Assembly: GCA_964459305.1 (NCBI GenBank)
Contig: CAYWNA010000038.1
Coordinates: 5,183 to 69,182 of the forward strand
DNA from: an uncultured Pirellulaceae bacterium
GTDB taxonomy: Bacteria; Planctomycetota; Planctomycetia; Pirellulales; Pirellulaceae
Length of the DNA stretch: 64,000 nt
Direction of reading: 5' to 3'
Shown here: piece after piece, positions 48,132 through 59,000 of the stretch
How the letters are laid out: each line of letters starts with the position of its first letter
Position numbering within the stretch: position 1 is the stretch's first letter
The notes under the pieces: model-generated
Databases searched by the model: none
The model's input: only the letters and a program-made list of their open reading frames with translations
What the model was told of the DNA's origin: nothing
Position numbers and translations under genes: made by a program

Positions 48132-49100
48132 CTAGAAACCGGGCAGCATCTGTTGGTGAGGCGGGGTGACGCGTTTCATGAATCGTTCGCGATAGCCTTC
48201 GGTCAGGTTCATCATCACTTCCAAGATCAGCAAATCGGCTCGGCTCATCACGTGCCGGGCGCTGCGGTTGCCCAGTCCGCGGACGACGTCTTCCAGCACG
48301 TGCAGGTGCAGCATCATCACCTCGGCCGCTGTCACACCGGCGGTGACCAGCAAGTCGGCCAGCACATCCATTTCCTCGCCCAAGTTGCCGGCGCCCATGA
48401 TCACGTAAGCCCGCAAGAGCTCGCGATAGTGCCGGACGAGCGGCTCGGGCAGGTCCGGGCAGACGCTGTTTTCGAGTTCGACGAGCAATCTAGAAAGCAG
48501 ACGTGATTTGGTGGCAGAGACGTTTCTTTCTTGTTCGATTTTGACTCGACCGGCGATCAACGTGCGCTGCTGATCGAGCAGCCGCGTCGCTTCTTCATGC
48601 TCAAGCTGCAATCGATGGCGATGCTCCTGCTGCAGTCTCCGGTTCTCCGCCACCAGTTGGTGCTGCTGCATGGCCCGTGCGACTTGCCAGATCAACGTGC
48701 GCGTCGTCGTGGTGTTCACACACACGTAGGCATCGGCGCCGGATTCATAGCAGAGGTCGGCCATCTGTTGTTCGCTCTGCTGGCCCAATACGATGATCGG
48801 CTGCTCGTCGCTGCTTCCCGTGCGGATGGCGTCCAGTATCTCCAGTGCATTCAGCCCCTCGCCTTCGTGGCTGATAAGCACGGCATCGAAAACCTCGTCC
48901 CTGAGTCTCGCCAATCCGCTCGCGACGCCGACGCATTCTACGAGTAGGACTTCGGACGCATTGTCAGATGCGAAAGCTTCGGCCAACCACCCGCCGGTTC
49001 GGTGCAAACCCGTGATAAACAGCACGCGCATCCGGGGCGGCATATAGCCCCAAGGCGTTGCCGATAGCTTGCTGCTAGCATCCTTGGCAGCAGAGCCCAT
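48132..49100 (-). CDS. receiver-like (pseudo-REC?) domain protein with coiled-coil and C-terminal helical domain
   Basis: MRVLFITGL...VLLVECVG...AVLISHEG has CheY-like (beta/alpha)5 periodicity, but the phospho-acceptor Asp is not obvious. Followed by a Q/R/L-rich coiled coil. Confidence 0.45.
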   Translation of the reverse strand: MGSAAKDASSKLSATPWGYMPPRMRVLFITGLHRTGGWLAEAFASDNASEVLLVECVGVASGLARLRDEVFDAVLISHEGEGLNALEILDAIRTGSSDEQPIIVLGQQSEQQMADLCYESGADAYVCVNTTTTRTLIWQVARAMQQHQLVAENRRLQQEHRHRLQLEHEEATRLLDQQRTLIAGRVKIEQERNVSATKSRLLSRLLVELENSVCPDLPEPLVRHYRELLRAYVIMGAGNLGEEMDVLADLLVTAGVTAAEVMMLHLHVLEDVVRGLGNRSARHVMSRADLLILEVMMNLTEGYRERFMKRVTPPHQQMLPGF

Positions 49101-49275
49101 AGCGCGCGTCCTTGCGACTGATGATGTACGGTAGATAGATACGGGTCCGATTTGAGCGGGGGCGTTGTATCAAAAAGGGTAATTGGGGTCAACCTCGACG
49201 CAAGAACCCCGGCTTCTTCTGAAGAAGCCGGGGTTCTGAACGTGCGATACGCTGCGATCGATTCGTGCATCGACG

Positions 49276-51417
49276 TTAACGTTCCACCAGACCTTCGACT
49301 TTTTCCAGCGCTTTCGCCTCGACGTCGGTGAGCCGCCCTGCCTTCTTCAACCGTTGGGCGACTTCGATTTCGAAGTCGACCAGCGTGGCGAGTTTTAGCA
49401 GTGCCTTCGTTTCTTCCAGCGAGAGATCCGCTTCCAACGAGGCTTCAAGGAGTTTGCCGATTTCCTCTTTGCGCGAATTCTCGACGAAATCCTCCAGCTT
49501 GCCGAGGACGCCTTCCAGTTTCGTGATGGCCGCGGCCTCTTGGTCCGACAACTTGCCTACTTGCTTCGATTCCAGCAGGGCCCGTTCGTCCAGATCGACG
49601 CGTTTGAACAACGCCACCATGGCATCCGTTTCCGCTTCGTTCATTCCGGCCAGCTTGGCCAGTTTGACGAGAACCGGAACTTCTTCGTCACGGGGATTAT
49701 CGATGTGGTACTCCAGCTTGCCGAAATGGGCTTCCAGTTTCTTCAGCGCCGCTGCTTCCTTTTCAGAGAGGCCGCCTGATTTCTTCAACGCGACCACAGC
49801 CTCGACTTCGCACCCGGCCCGCACAAAGCCGTGCTTCAACGTCTCGGTTTCCGCATCGGTCAGGCCAGCGTCGTTGGCCAGTTCCGTCAGTTTCTCCAAT
49901 TCGTCCGCATAGGGATGCCCGAATTGCGTGAGTAGCTTTTCCAGGGCCTTTCTTTCTATGTCCGACAGCTTCCCCGCTTCATAGAGGGCAACGATCGCCT
50001 TCTCGTCAAACCCCTCGCGCACGGCTACCTTTTCGGCGGCTTTCAACTCCTCCTCGGTCAGTCCGGCTTGCGCTGCACCGTCGCGCAGTTTGGCCAGTTC
50101 GTCTTCCACAGGGCTGCCGAAATGCGAAACCAGTTTGTCGACCCCTTTGGCTTCGACGTCGGACAGTTTGCCCTTGGCGTTGAGGCTCATGATGACCTTC
50201 TCGTCACACTCGACCCGCTCGGCCAACTTCAGGACCGCCTTGGTTTCGTCGGTGCTCAAATCTGCTTGCCATGCGGCGTCCTCCAATCTGGCGAGCTTTT
50301 TCTGCACTTGTTCGGCCGTGATTTGGTCGTTTGGCTCGGCCACGGTCTCGATCACCAACGGGCTGCCAGGCAAGACCAACAACGCTGCCAGAACAGCGAT
50401 AGCCCAACAGTAGCCGGGCATACGACTTCGAAACGTACTAGCTCTTCTCATGATTTCCTCCAGTCTTTTCGAGGTTACCTCCGCCGGACGAACGCCGGGG
50501 AGAAGAAACGCAGTTCTCAACTCTTGCTTATGTTCCAGAACATCCAGCAGGCAGCGAGCATACTTGGACGGACGGCACCCAAGGGCGGCGACCGTTTCGG
50601 CATCGCAGCAGCGCTCGCGCTCGCGGCCGATGTGGCGCCCTGCCCACCAGATCAGCGGATGAAACCACCAGATGATCTTGGCGGCCAACTCTACGAGCAT
50701 GATGGCGGCGTCGTGCCGACGCATGTGAATCAGTTCGTGCGCGATCACCGGCTCGATCCGCTCGAAACTGCGGCTGGCCACAAGCGATCGCGGCAGGATG
50801 AGCTTCGGTCGGAAAATCCCGAAGACAGAAGGCCCGACCGGTTCGTCGCTGAGAACCACTTCCATCCGCCGCCGGATCCCAAGGCGCCGTGCCAAGTCCG
50901 TGATTCGCCGTTCGAGCTGCAAGTCTCTGTCTCTCGAACAACGGGCGACGGTACGTCGGCAACGTATCCACCCAACGAAGATCACACCGATCATCAGCAG
51001 CGCACCGGATCCCCACACCGATCCAGCCAACGTCGATACAGACGGAAGCCGCCCGCCGCCGGCAGCCATTGCCTTCGCTTCGTCGACAAGCGAGCTATTG
51101 GCATTCGAATGTTTCGCCCAGCTTGCCGTCGCGTTATCAGCCGACTCGAACAGCGCGGCTGGCGTGACGGGTGGTGCTCCAGATTTCTCCCCATTCTGTC
51201 GCATATCAATCTGCGCCAGACTGAAAAGCCCGAACGGGCTGCTCCAAACCGGCGGCGTCAAGCACTTGAGGATCACCAGCATCCACAGCACGTAGGCTAG
51301 ATGAGGACGGTGGTGACAGAATCGCCGTACGACGAAGGCCACAACCAACGCCAACGCGGCGATTTGCCAGGCCTGCGCCAAAGCCGCCTGGAAAAACTCA
51401 CTCGTGGCAAGCGTCAT
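49276..51417 (-). CDS. BlaR1/MecR1-like M56 family signal-transducing metalloprotease with five-fold C-terminal about 55-aa repeats
   Basis: 4 TM segments. IAHELIHMRRHD (HExxH...D of M56). C-terminal five repeats of L[ST]xEExKAxxKLA...D/Ex..AxxAL..AGKLSDxEAKAL[ED]KL...FG. Confidence 0.8.
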   Translation of the reverse strand: MTLATSEFFQAALAQAWQIAALALVVAFVVRRFCHHRPHLAYVLWMLVILKCLTPPVWSSPFGLFSLAQIDMRQNGEKSGAPPVTPAALFESADNATASWAKHSNANSSLVDEAKAMAAGGGRLPSVSTLAGSVWGSGALLMIGVIFVGWIRCRRTVARCSRDRDLQLERRITDLARRLGIRRRMEVVLSDEPVGPSVFGIFRPKLILPRSLVASRSFERIEPVIAHELIHMRRHDAAIMLVELAAKIIWWFHPLIWWAGRHIGRERERCCDAETVAALGCRPSKYARCLLDVLEHKQELRTAFLLPGVRPAEVTSKRLEEIMRRASTFRSRMPGYCWAIAVLAALLVLPGSPLVIETVAEPNDQITAEQVQKKLARLEDAAWQADLSTDETKAVLKLAERVECDEKVIMSLNAKGKLSDVEAKGVDKLVSHFGSPVEDELAKLRDGAAQAGLTEEELKAAEKVAVREGFDEKAIVALYEAGKLSDIERKALEKLLTQFGHPYADELEKLTELANDAGLTDAETETLKHGFVRAGCEVEAVVALKKSGGLSEKEAAALKKLEAHFGKLEYHIDNPRDEEVPVLVKLAKLAGMNEAETDAMVALFKRVDLDERALLESKQVGKLSDQEAAAITKLEGVLGKLEDFVENSRKEEIGKLLEASLEADLSLEETKALLKLATLVDFEIEVAQRLKKAGRLTDVEAKALEKVEGLVER

Positions 51418-51799
51418 CTTGCTCGGCCTCCAATTGGTCCAACAAATCGCGGAGCTTATGGGTTTCTTCGCGCGAGATACCGCGATCTTGGATCAGGTGC
51501 TGCATCAACGGCAGTGTTTCGCCGTCAAAAAGCCGATTCATCAAGTCGTCCACGGTTTCCCGAATGACCTGGTGCGGCCGTACTTTTGGGCTATAGATTT
51601 TGTTCCGGCCCTCGCGTCGCGTTTTCACGTAACCCTTGGATTCCAAACGCCGCAAGTACGTCTGCACCGTCGTGTAGTCCAGCTTGCGGTTCTTAGGAAA
51701 CCACAGGTGAACTTCGCCCACAGTGGCTTCCTGCAAATCCCAAACGGCGCGAGCCACCTCCAATTCCCCTTTGGACAACGCCGGACGTGCTGGCATCAT
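51398..51799 (-). CDS. BlaI/MecI/CopY family transcriptional repressor
   Basis: An internal Met gives a 133-aa winged-helix protein LSKGELEVARAVWDLQEATVGEVHLWF...LESKGYV. Overlaps the downstream M56 gene by 20 nt (operon). Confidence 0.85.
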   Translation of the reverse strand: MMPARPALSKGELEVARAVWDLQEATVGEVHLWFPKNRKLDYTTVQTYLRRLESKGYVKTRREGRNKIYSPKVRPHQVIRETVDDLMNRLFDGETLPLMQHLIQDRGISREETHKLRDLLDQLEAEQDDACHE

Positions 51800-51997
51800 T
51801 TCGCCCTTTCCATTAAGTACATCTGTACGTAATTCTAAGTACACTTGTACTGAAGTCAATATTGTCTTGCAGAAATTTCCAAGATTCTTGCGAACTCCGG
51901 CCACACGGGATGAGAGACTGTCGCAGGGCGACCAAGCCAGCCGAGGGGACGATCGGAGGGCCACCACTGCAGTATCGTGACAGAAATAGGTGTGGGG

Positions 51998-54900
51998 CTA
52001 TCGAGTCGATTCAAGCGACTCTTCGCACAATCGCCGGTGCTTGTTCTGCTCGTCGGAGCCTTCGCAACCGGCGGCGCCCTTTTTCCAAGCGGACCGCGCT
52101 TCTTCTTGGCGGCCGAGGGCTTTGAGCGCCTTTCCCCGCCAGTACTCGGCCGGTGCCTCCTGAGGGCGATTCGTGCGACCAACTCCCAGGTTTTCCGGAT
52201 ACATCAGCGCGGCTTCGAAGTCTTCGAGTGCGGCTTTGAATTGTTTCTGTTCGAAACGCTGTTGCCCCCGGGCCAAATGAGCCTGGTTGAACAAGACCCA
52301 AGTGATGTCCTGACCTTCCCAGTTCACAAAGTATGGCGTGGATTCGAGCAAATCAATCGCGTCCGCAAACCTCTGTTCGGCCACGTAGGCTTCGGCGAGC
52401 ATGATCGTGATGTCCGAGCGACGCTGTCCTTTGATTGGCATGGATTCAAGCAGGCGGATCGCATCGGGCCGCTTGTCGTCGGCCACCAGAATCTCTGCCA
52501 GGTCTCGGTAGAGAGTCTGATCTTCGCCTCGCGCGGCGATGGCTTTGCGGTAGTAATCCGCAGCTTTCGACAAGTCGCGATCCCGCGCCCAACTGGCAAG
52601 ACCGAGATTGCGAAACGGAATGCTCAGTGATGTGTCCAACTTGACCGCCGCTTCCCACTGGGAGACCGCTTCGTCGAGTCGGCCAAGATTTCCGTACAGG
52701 TTACCCAGATGCATATGGGCAGAAGCGTCGCCAGAGTTCTCTTGAATGGCGTAGCTCAGCACATCGACGGCTTCCGTTCTCGAAGGATAGATGAAATCCC
52801 GGCAGATACTCGCAGCATCTTCAAGAGAGGCCTGCGCAGCCTGGTCATCCCCATGGCGCGAAACGAAGTAGGCCACGTAGTACAACGGCAATGGACTCCG
52901 CTGCTCCAGTGGAACCGCTTCGACACATGCGGCTCGCAGCAGCCTGGCGGCTTCGTCGAAAAGTCCCAAATCGGCGAAAACGAGAGACGTCTCGATCATC
53001 TCAAAATCATCTTCGCCAACAAACTCGCGAGCCGCGCCCACAAAGCGATTCATGGCGCTATCGCTTCTCAGCGCCAAGAGCGCCCCAGGCACAAGGCTGG
53101 TCGGACTTTCGCGCACCGCCTCCTCAGCCTGCCGAAACGCCTGCTCGCTGCGCCCGGTGGCGTACAGGGCCAGCGTGAGATGATCTCTAGATCGCGCGTC
53201 TTTCGGATCGGCATCGACGGCTTCGCGGAACGCCCCGACCGCCTTCTCGCGTTCGCCAAGCCGCATGTAGGCCCGGCCGATAAGATCGTAACCGACTGAT
53301 CTGGTCCCGAAGCATCGCGCTGCTCGATGGCCAGATGCCACGGCTTCTTCAGCGTTTCCGCAGGACAATTGACAAACGCCTCGGAAATACCACGCCAGTC
53401 CATCGTCGCCATCTCGGTCCAAAACCAATTTCAGCCGCGATACGGCCTCGTGATAGAGCCCTGCTTCGACGTCGAGTACGGCCAACGCTCGCAATGCGAG
53501 TACGTGCCCTGGGTCTTTTGCCAGGGCCAATTCGTAATACTCGCGAGCCTTCAATCGATCCGTGGCCCGGTCGAGCCATCGGCCCTTCAAGTACCTTTGC
53601 TCGGCGGTAAGCTGATCGTCCGGCTTCTCTTCGAATGTAGAGGCATCGGGCGGCGTCACTTTGGGAATGGGCAGCGGAGTGGTGAAGCCGGCCAGCACAT
53701 CTCCATCGTTTGTTGTGATGGTCACACGGACGGGCACCTCTCCGATGTCGGCAAGTGTCATCGCCTGCGGCGCGTCAGGGGAAAGATCGATTTGTCTGCG
53801 TACGGGATCCCGCCCGTCAGCTCTAAGCGTACACGTCGCACCGGGAAACCTGCCCGTGGAGATCAGCCGCAAGCGGAGGCCGTCGTCGTGGCGCGCGGTG
53901 TGTATGGCCACGTCCTTGGTAGCGAATTCAAATCCGTCACCCAGGCCGTGAATGGGGTACCACCACTCCTGCCAAGAGACTTCGTCGTGTGGCCCCAACA
54001 TGCCGTAATCGGATTGCGTCGGCAGCGGCCCGCTTTGCACTTCGATATACGGCCCGTCGTCGTCGGTCAGGTTCCTCTGGCTTGCCAAGCCAAAGTCCCA
54101 GTTGCCCCAGGTCCATGCCTTCTTGCCGGGTAGCACGTGGCGGTCGGCGAACTGAACGATGCCTCGATCCGCATCGACCTCGTAAGCTCCGAAGAAATCG
54201 TACTGGCACTGGAACGCAAAAATCGATGTCCAAGTCTCGTGGTTCTTGAGCCAAGAGAGATCCTTGCCGTCGTGAATCGGCCAGTTGAAGAATTCCTTTC
54301 CATGATGGTCCGTGGCAAGCGACATCGGGTAGATGAACCGCGTCCCGGGCAGGTTCGGAAACGCCGTGCAATTCCAGAAGTAATACGGGTGCATCCCGTC
54401 GGTGGGATTGAAGATCCTGATGTTCTCCTCCAAATAGGATTTGCCCGGACGAAGCGTGAGACGCACCGTCCAACGAGTCCGAAAGATCTTCTCTTGATTG
54501 CTCACCTCGAGGAATGCCGAGCCGTCCGGATTCTTGCCGACCAGCGCGTCAACCGGGGACACGACCGTGACCGTATGCCCGTGGGGACCGAAATTCCACT
54601 CAATCCCGCCGCTAATCCAGGCACCGCGCATGGCGATCATTCCGGGTTTTATCACTCCGCTCCGATGGAACATTTCCTTTCCTTCGGTCTTGTCCAACAC
54701 CGAGTGGATTCGGCCACCCAACTCCGGCAGGCAAGTGACCTTCAGGTATTCGTTTTCGATAAACAGCGCCTTGTACCGCCGGTCTACTTTGGCTCGGGAA
54801 AGATGATCCTGCATTGTGTAAGGGTAAGTGATCGATCCTTTCACCGTCGTGGACAAACGCGCGGGTCCTTCCAACGCCCAGAACTTGGGATTCACATCTT

Positions 54901-55033
54901 CTTCCCACGGATAGGTAGGAATGGTGATCGTGCCTTCCCACGCCGTCGCTTCGGCCCAGCACCAATTTGGCAGGACACCGACAACACAAGTTGAGACGAA
55001 TGTCAGTGCGCCAAGCATTCGATACAAGCTCAT
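51998..55033 (-). CDS. secreted 1011-aa protein: N-terminal mutarotase-like/DUF5107-like beta-rich domain + long C-terminal TPR array
   Basis: Signal peptide MLGALTFVSTCVVGVLPNWCWA. About 14 TPR-like repeats in the C-terminal half. The N-domain family call is tentative. Confidence 0.65.
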   Translation of the reverse strand: MSLYRMLGALTFVSTCVVGVLPNWCWAEATAWEGTITIPTYPWEEDVNPKFWALEGPARLSTTVKGSITYPYTMQDHLSRAKVDRRYKALFIENEYLKVTCLPELGGRIHSVLDKTEGKEMFHRSGVIKPGMIAMRGAWISGGIEWNFGPHGHTVTVVSPVDALVGKNPDGSAFLEVSNQEKIFRTRWTVRLTLRPGKSYLEENIRIFNPTDGMHPYYFWNCTAFPNLPGTRFIYPMSLATDHHGKEFFNWPIHDGKDLSWLKNHETWTSIFAFQCQYDFFGAYEVDADRGIVQFADRHVLPGKKAWTWGNWDFGLASQRNLTDDDGPYIEVQSGPLPTQSDYGMLGPHDEVSWQEWWYPIHGLGDGFEFATKDVAIHTARHDDGLRLRLISTGRFPGATCTLRADGRDPVRRQIDLSPDAPQAMTLADIGEVPVRVTITTNDGDVLAGFTTPLPIPKVTPPDASTFEEKPDDQLTAEQRYLKGRWLDRATDRLKAREYYELALAKDPGHVLALRALAVLDVEAGLYHEAVSRLKLVLDRDGDDGLAWYFRGVCQLSCGNAEEAVASGHRAARCFGTRSVGYDLIGRAYMRLGEREKAVGAFREAVDADPKDARSRDHLTLALYATGRSEQAFRQAEEAVRESPTSLVPGALLALRSDSAMNRFVGAAREFVGEDDFEMIETSLVFADLGLFDEAARLLRAACVEAVPLEQRSPLPLYYVAYFVSRHGDDQAAQASLEDAASICRDFIYPSRTEAVDVLSYAIQENSGDASAHMHLGNLYGNLGRLDEAVSQWEAAVKLDTSLSIPFRNLGLASWARDRDLSKAADYYRKAIAARGEDQTLYRDLAEILVADDKRPDAIRLLESMPIKGQRRSDITIMLAEAYVAEQRFADAIDLLESTPYFVNWEGQDITWVLFNQAHLARGQQRFEQKQFKAALEDFEAALMYPENLGVGRTNRPQEAPAEYWRGKALKALGRQEEARSAWKKGAAGCEGSDEQNKHRRLCEESLESTR

Positions 55034-55175
55034 GATCGTTTCCCTCTGATTGTTCGGACTCTCAACAGGCTGGAAGTATATCGCACTTTGGTTGCAGTCG
55101 AGCGCCGCGCCAGGTGAGAAGTGACGGTTCGCCGATCATCCAACGTCTTGGCCTTGATCGTAACTCCGGCATCGA

Positions 55176-55228
55176 AACCCGAAGCGTAAGCGAGGACGTA
55201 ATCCATTACCTCGCTTACGCTTCGGGTT
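55176..55228. other. perfect 20-bp inverted repeat hairpin (13-nt loop) in the 875-bp divergent intergenic region
   Basis: aacccgaagcgtaagcgagg acgtaatccatta cctcgcttacgcttcgggtt. Confidence 0.6.
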
Positions 55229-55469
55229 ACTATGCTATCACTCCTGGCAACTGCCGGAGTTATGATCAGGGCCCAACGTCTTCAACCTCACCCTCTCCCA
55301 GAGTGAGAAGAAGCTTCCCGGGCGCGCTCAATAGTCTCGGCCGGCGCACCGGCCGTGTCAACAATGAGGTGTTCCTGTGAACGACAGAAAAAGCGAGGTG
55401 CCGAGAACCCAGGACCAGCCGAGCAGTGTGCCGCATTTGATCACGTCCCCAGATATATCTAGCTATCTG

Positions 55470-55600
55470 GAGGTGTCCGGGAATTCGAAACCGTGGAATC
55501 CACGGTTTTCGGGAGGGCGAGGCTCCTGCCGAGCCGCGCATCGGTGCCAACAAACCGGCTCCGCAGGAGCTTCGCCCTCCCAATTCCCGGACACCCTCAG
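55470..55600. repeat. nested-palindrome repeat family C, copy 3
   Basis: Outer IR ggtgtccgggaatt/aattcccggacacc. Inner cgaaaccgtggaatccacggttttcg. Core gggagggcgaggctcctgccgagccg...ggctccgcaggagcttcgccctccc. Confidence 0.8.
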
Positions 55601-56010
55601 CGATCTGTCAAGTCGATGCTGACGAGCGTCATAGGCAGCATACCCGTAGTAGTGGATCGGCACCGACTAAGTGGGGCATGCGTCATGCGCGTAATCGAAG
55701 TAGGCGTCGGCGCGCTCGCTACAAATAGCCCCATGTAGGCTTTTTCTCTCGGTTTTCCATGTTCGGATCTCACCCCAGATTACGACTTTGATCATAGTGG
55801 CGAAATTCGAAATACTCGGGTGACTCTTCAAAATGTGCAGGTGCGGTTTCGCGTCTTCCTTTCTGCTGCGCGATTGGAAAACAGCGAAACAACCGCCGGT
55901 CCAGGGCATTGGATTCCCGTCACCATTCAATTCGTTTCGGATTGCGCGATTCGGAATTCGTATTACTACCGCCGAGCCTTTGGCTTGTACTTCATTCCGG
56001 AGTCAGCGTC

Positions 56011-59000
56011 ATGTCCTTACACCATCGTTCGTCTTCGTCGCGTGCTCGCGCGAGCTTGTTTCGCCGCCAGAATCGCAACCCTGCATTTCGCCGCAGGCTG
56101 CTGGTGGAACACCTGGAAAGTCGGATGTTACTTTCGACATGGACCGTCCTGAACGTCGACGACAGTGGCGCAGGTTCCCTGCGCGAAGCCATCGACCTAT
56201 CGAACGCGAATGAGGGATTCGACACGATTGAATTCGCCATCGGCGGCGGTGGTCCCCAGACCATCCAGCTTCAGTCTCCCCTTCCCACCATCACCGATCC
56301 CGTGGCCATCGACGGCACGAGCCAGCCGGGCTTCGTTGCCCTTCCTATTGTCGAGGTTGCCGGCACTGCAGCGAGCCCCGTCCTGACGCTCGCAGCAGAC
56401 GACAGTACGCTTCGGGGACTCGCCGTCCGGACGGCCGGCACGGCAATATCGCTTTCAGGGGCGGACCGGGCCCTTGTTTCAAACTTGGATGTGTCGTGGA
56501 CGGGTGCGGGAGAATCGGGGATGGGGATCGATTTGTGGGAGTCGAACAGCGGCACCATCGAATACGTCACCGCGACGAATCGGCAGGTGGGCCTGAAGAT
56601 GAGGCGGTCGGGTGACAACGTCATCCAGCACAACGATTTTTCCGGTGCGGGCACGTGGGCAATTCAGACAAACGCGGACACCACCGGGACCGGCAATCAG
56701 TACTTGCACAACAATCTTAGCGATAGTGCCAATGGTGTGTCTCTTTCTTATGAAGTTGGAATGACTCTCTCCGGCGACTCATTTAACATGGCAGGGATTC
56801 CCGGGATGGGGTTGGAGCTTCATCGCGTATCGAATTCGCAAATATCGGGGTTGGACGTGTCATGGACGGGGGCGGGAATATCCGGTACGGGAATCCTTGT
56901 GGGCTCGTCTTCGAACAACACGATTGAGCAAGTCACGGTGATGAACCGGACCTTCGGAGTTGATCTCGTTTCCTCCAGCGCTGCCGCGGTGGAATGCACT
57001 TCGATTCTCGAAAACGCAACCGGTGTCCGTATCAAGGGAGCGTCGTCGGGTATCCTGCTGAACAACAACCGCATCGCGGGAAATTCAGGTAATGGTGTCG
57101 TGAACAGCGCGCCGGAGGTGGTGAACGCCGAGTACAACTACTGGGGTTCGGCGGATGGGCCGGCGACCCTCGGCGGGGCGGGAGACACGTATTCGGGCAA
57201 CGTGGACGCCGAGCCGTTTCTGACGGAACTGCCGCCCTGCCTCAACACGAACGAGCCACCCGTGGCCGACGCCGGCGGCCCGTATGCGATTGACGAAGGT
57301 GACGCCCTTGTCCTGGCCGGTTCGGGCAGCGACGTGGACGACGGCGACACCTTGATCTTGACCTACAGTTGGGACCTGAACAACGACGGCACATTCGACG
57401 ACGCCACCGGCGCGGCACCGACGCTCGCCTGGAGCGAACTGGATGCGTTGGGGCTCGACGATGACGGCACATTCACAGTGACGTTGCGAGTGTACGATAA
57501 TGACACATACACAGACAACTCGGCGGCGGTGACTATCGAAAACACGGCTCCCCGGCTAGTCGATGTGTCGGTGACTTCACCAATTGACGAGAATGCCGAA
57601 GCAACGCTCGCTGGCGATATTCTCGATCCCGGTTCACAGGACACGTTCACGCTGACGATCGACTGGGGTGACGGCACCACCGAAGCCGTCGATTATGGAG
57701 CCGGGACGACGTCGTTCGTCCGCACTCACCGCTACATGGACGATGGGCCGTCGCCAGGTAACGGTGCCCCATCGTACAGCTACGAGATCCAGGTCACAGT
57801 GATCGACAAGGATTCCGGCATTGGCCGAACGACAACGCCGCTCACGGTCAACAACGTGCCACCAGTGATCGCCGACTTCCATAACAGTCCGCCGTCGTCT
57901 GGCGGCGATTCTGCTGGCGAAGAGATCACCGTGGGCGGCGCGTTTAGCGACATCGGAACGTTCGACACGCATACCGCCACCGTGGACTGGGGCGACGGGA
58001 CAAGCTCGCCCGCGGATGTCACCCAGTCAGACGGATCGGGGAGCATCTTCGCGAGCCACGTCTACGATAATGGTGGTGTCTACACGATCACGCTGACCGT
58101 GACCGACGATGACACGGACAAGGCTACGAAAACCAGCACGGCCGAGATCATCGGTGTCGGAGTCAACAACAGGGTCCTACAAATCGTCGCGACGACTCGA
58201 AAGGACGACATACGCGTAAAGCCGAAGGGCCGCGGCCAGGTGGAAGTCAAGACGGACTTCACCGAGCCCAAGAAGCAGCTCTTCCCCGCCGACTCGTTCG
58301 ACTCGATTCTCGTGGTCTTGGGCCCTGGTCATGATCTTGCCCGTATCGACGAGAGAATCCTGATCGATGCGGTTATGGACGGCGGCGACGGAAAAGACGA
58401 ACTCCATGCCGGTGGCGGCAACACGACGATGTACGGCGGGGCCGGCAACGACCGCCTCCACGGCGGTAATGGAGACGACACGTTGGACGGCGGTCCCGGT
58501 GCCGACCGCCTGTATGGCGACGGTGGCAACGATGTGATCATCGACCTGGACGGACACAATCGTATCTGGTCGGGAAGCGGCGCCGACACGATCACAGCGG
58601 GCGGTGGCAACGACCGAATCGCTGCTGGTGGCGGAGACGATCTCGTTTTGGCGGGTGCCGGTGACGACCGTGTCGATGCGGGTCGCGGCAGTGACGTGGT
58701 CGTCGGCGGAGATGGCGACGACCGGATCACAGGCGGACCGGGCCTGGACCTGCTGATTGGCGGAAAGGGCAGCGACAAACTCCAAGGCGGCAATGGCCGG
58801 CGCGGGCCCGGCGATATCCTGATCGCTGGATGGACGACGCACGACGCAGACGAAAGTGCTCTGCGCTCGATCCTCGACCGGTGGATCACGGGCTGGAATG
58901 CCGGTAGGCCGTACGAAGAAATCGTCGACGAACTAGTCGCGGATTGGCTTGATCCGGGCACTACCGTGTTTGATGACGGCGTGGAAGACAAGTTGAAAGG

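Noticed and set aside
50068-51300. 410-aa plus-strand ORF antisense to the BlaR1-like gene
   Set aside because: Arg/Pro-rich ghost. The minus strand has the TM, HExxH and five-fold repeat architecture.
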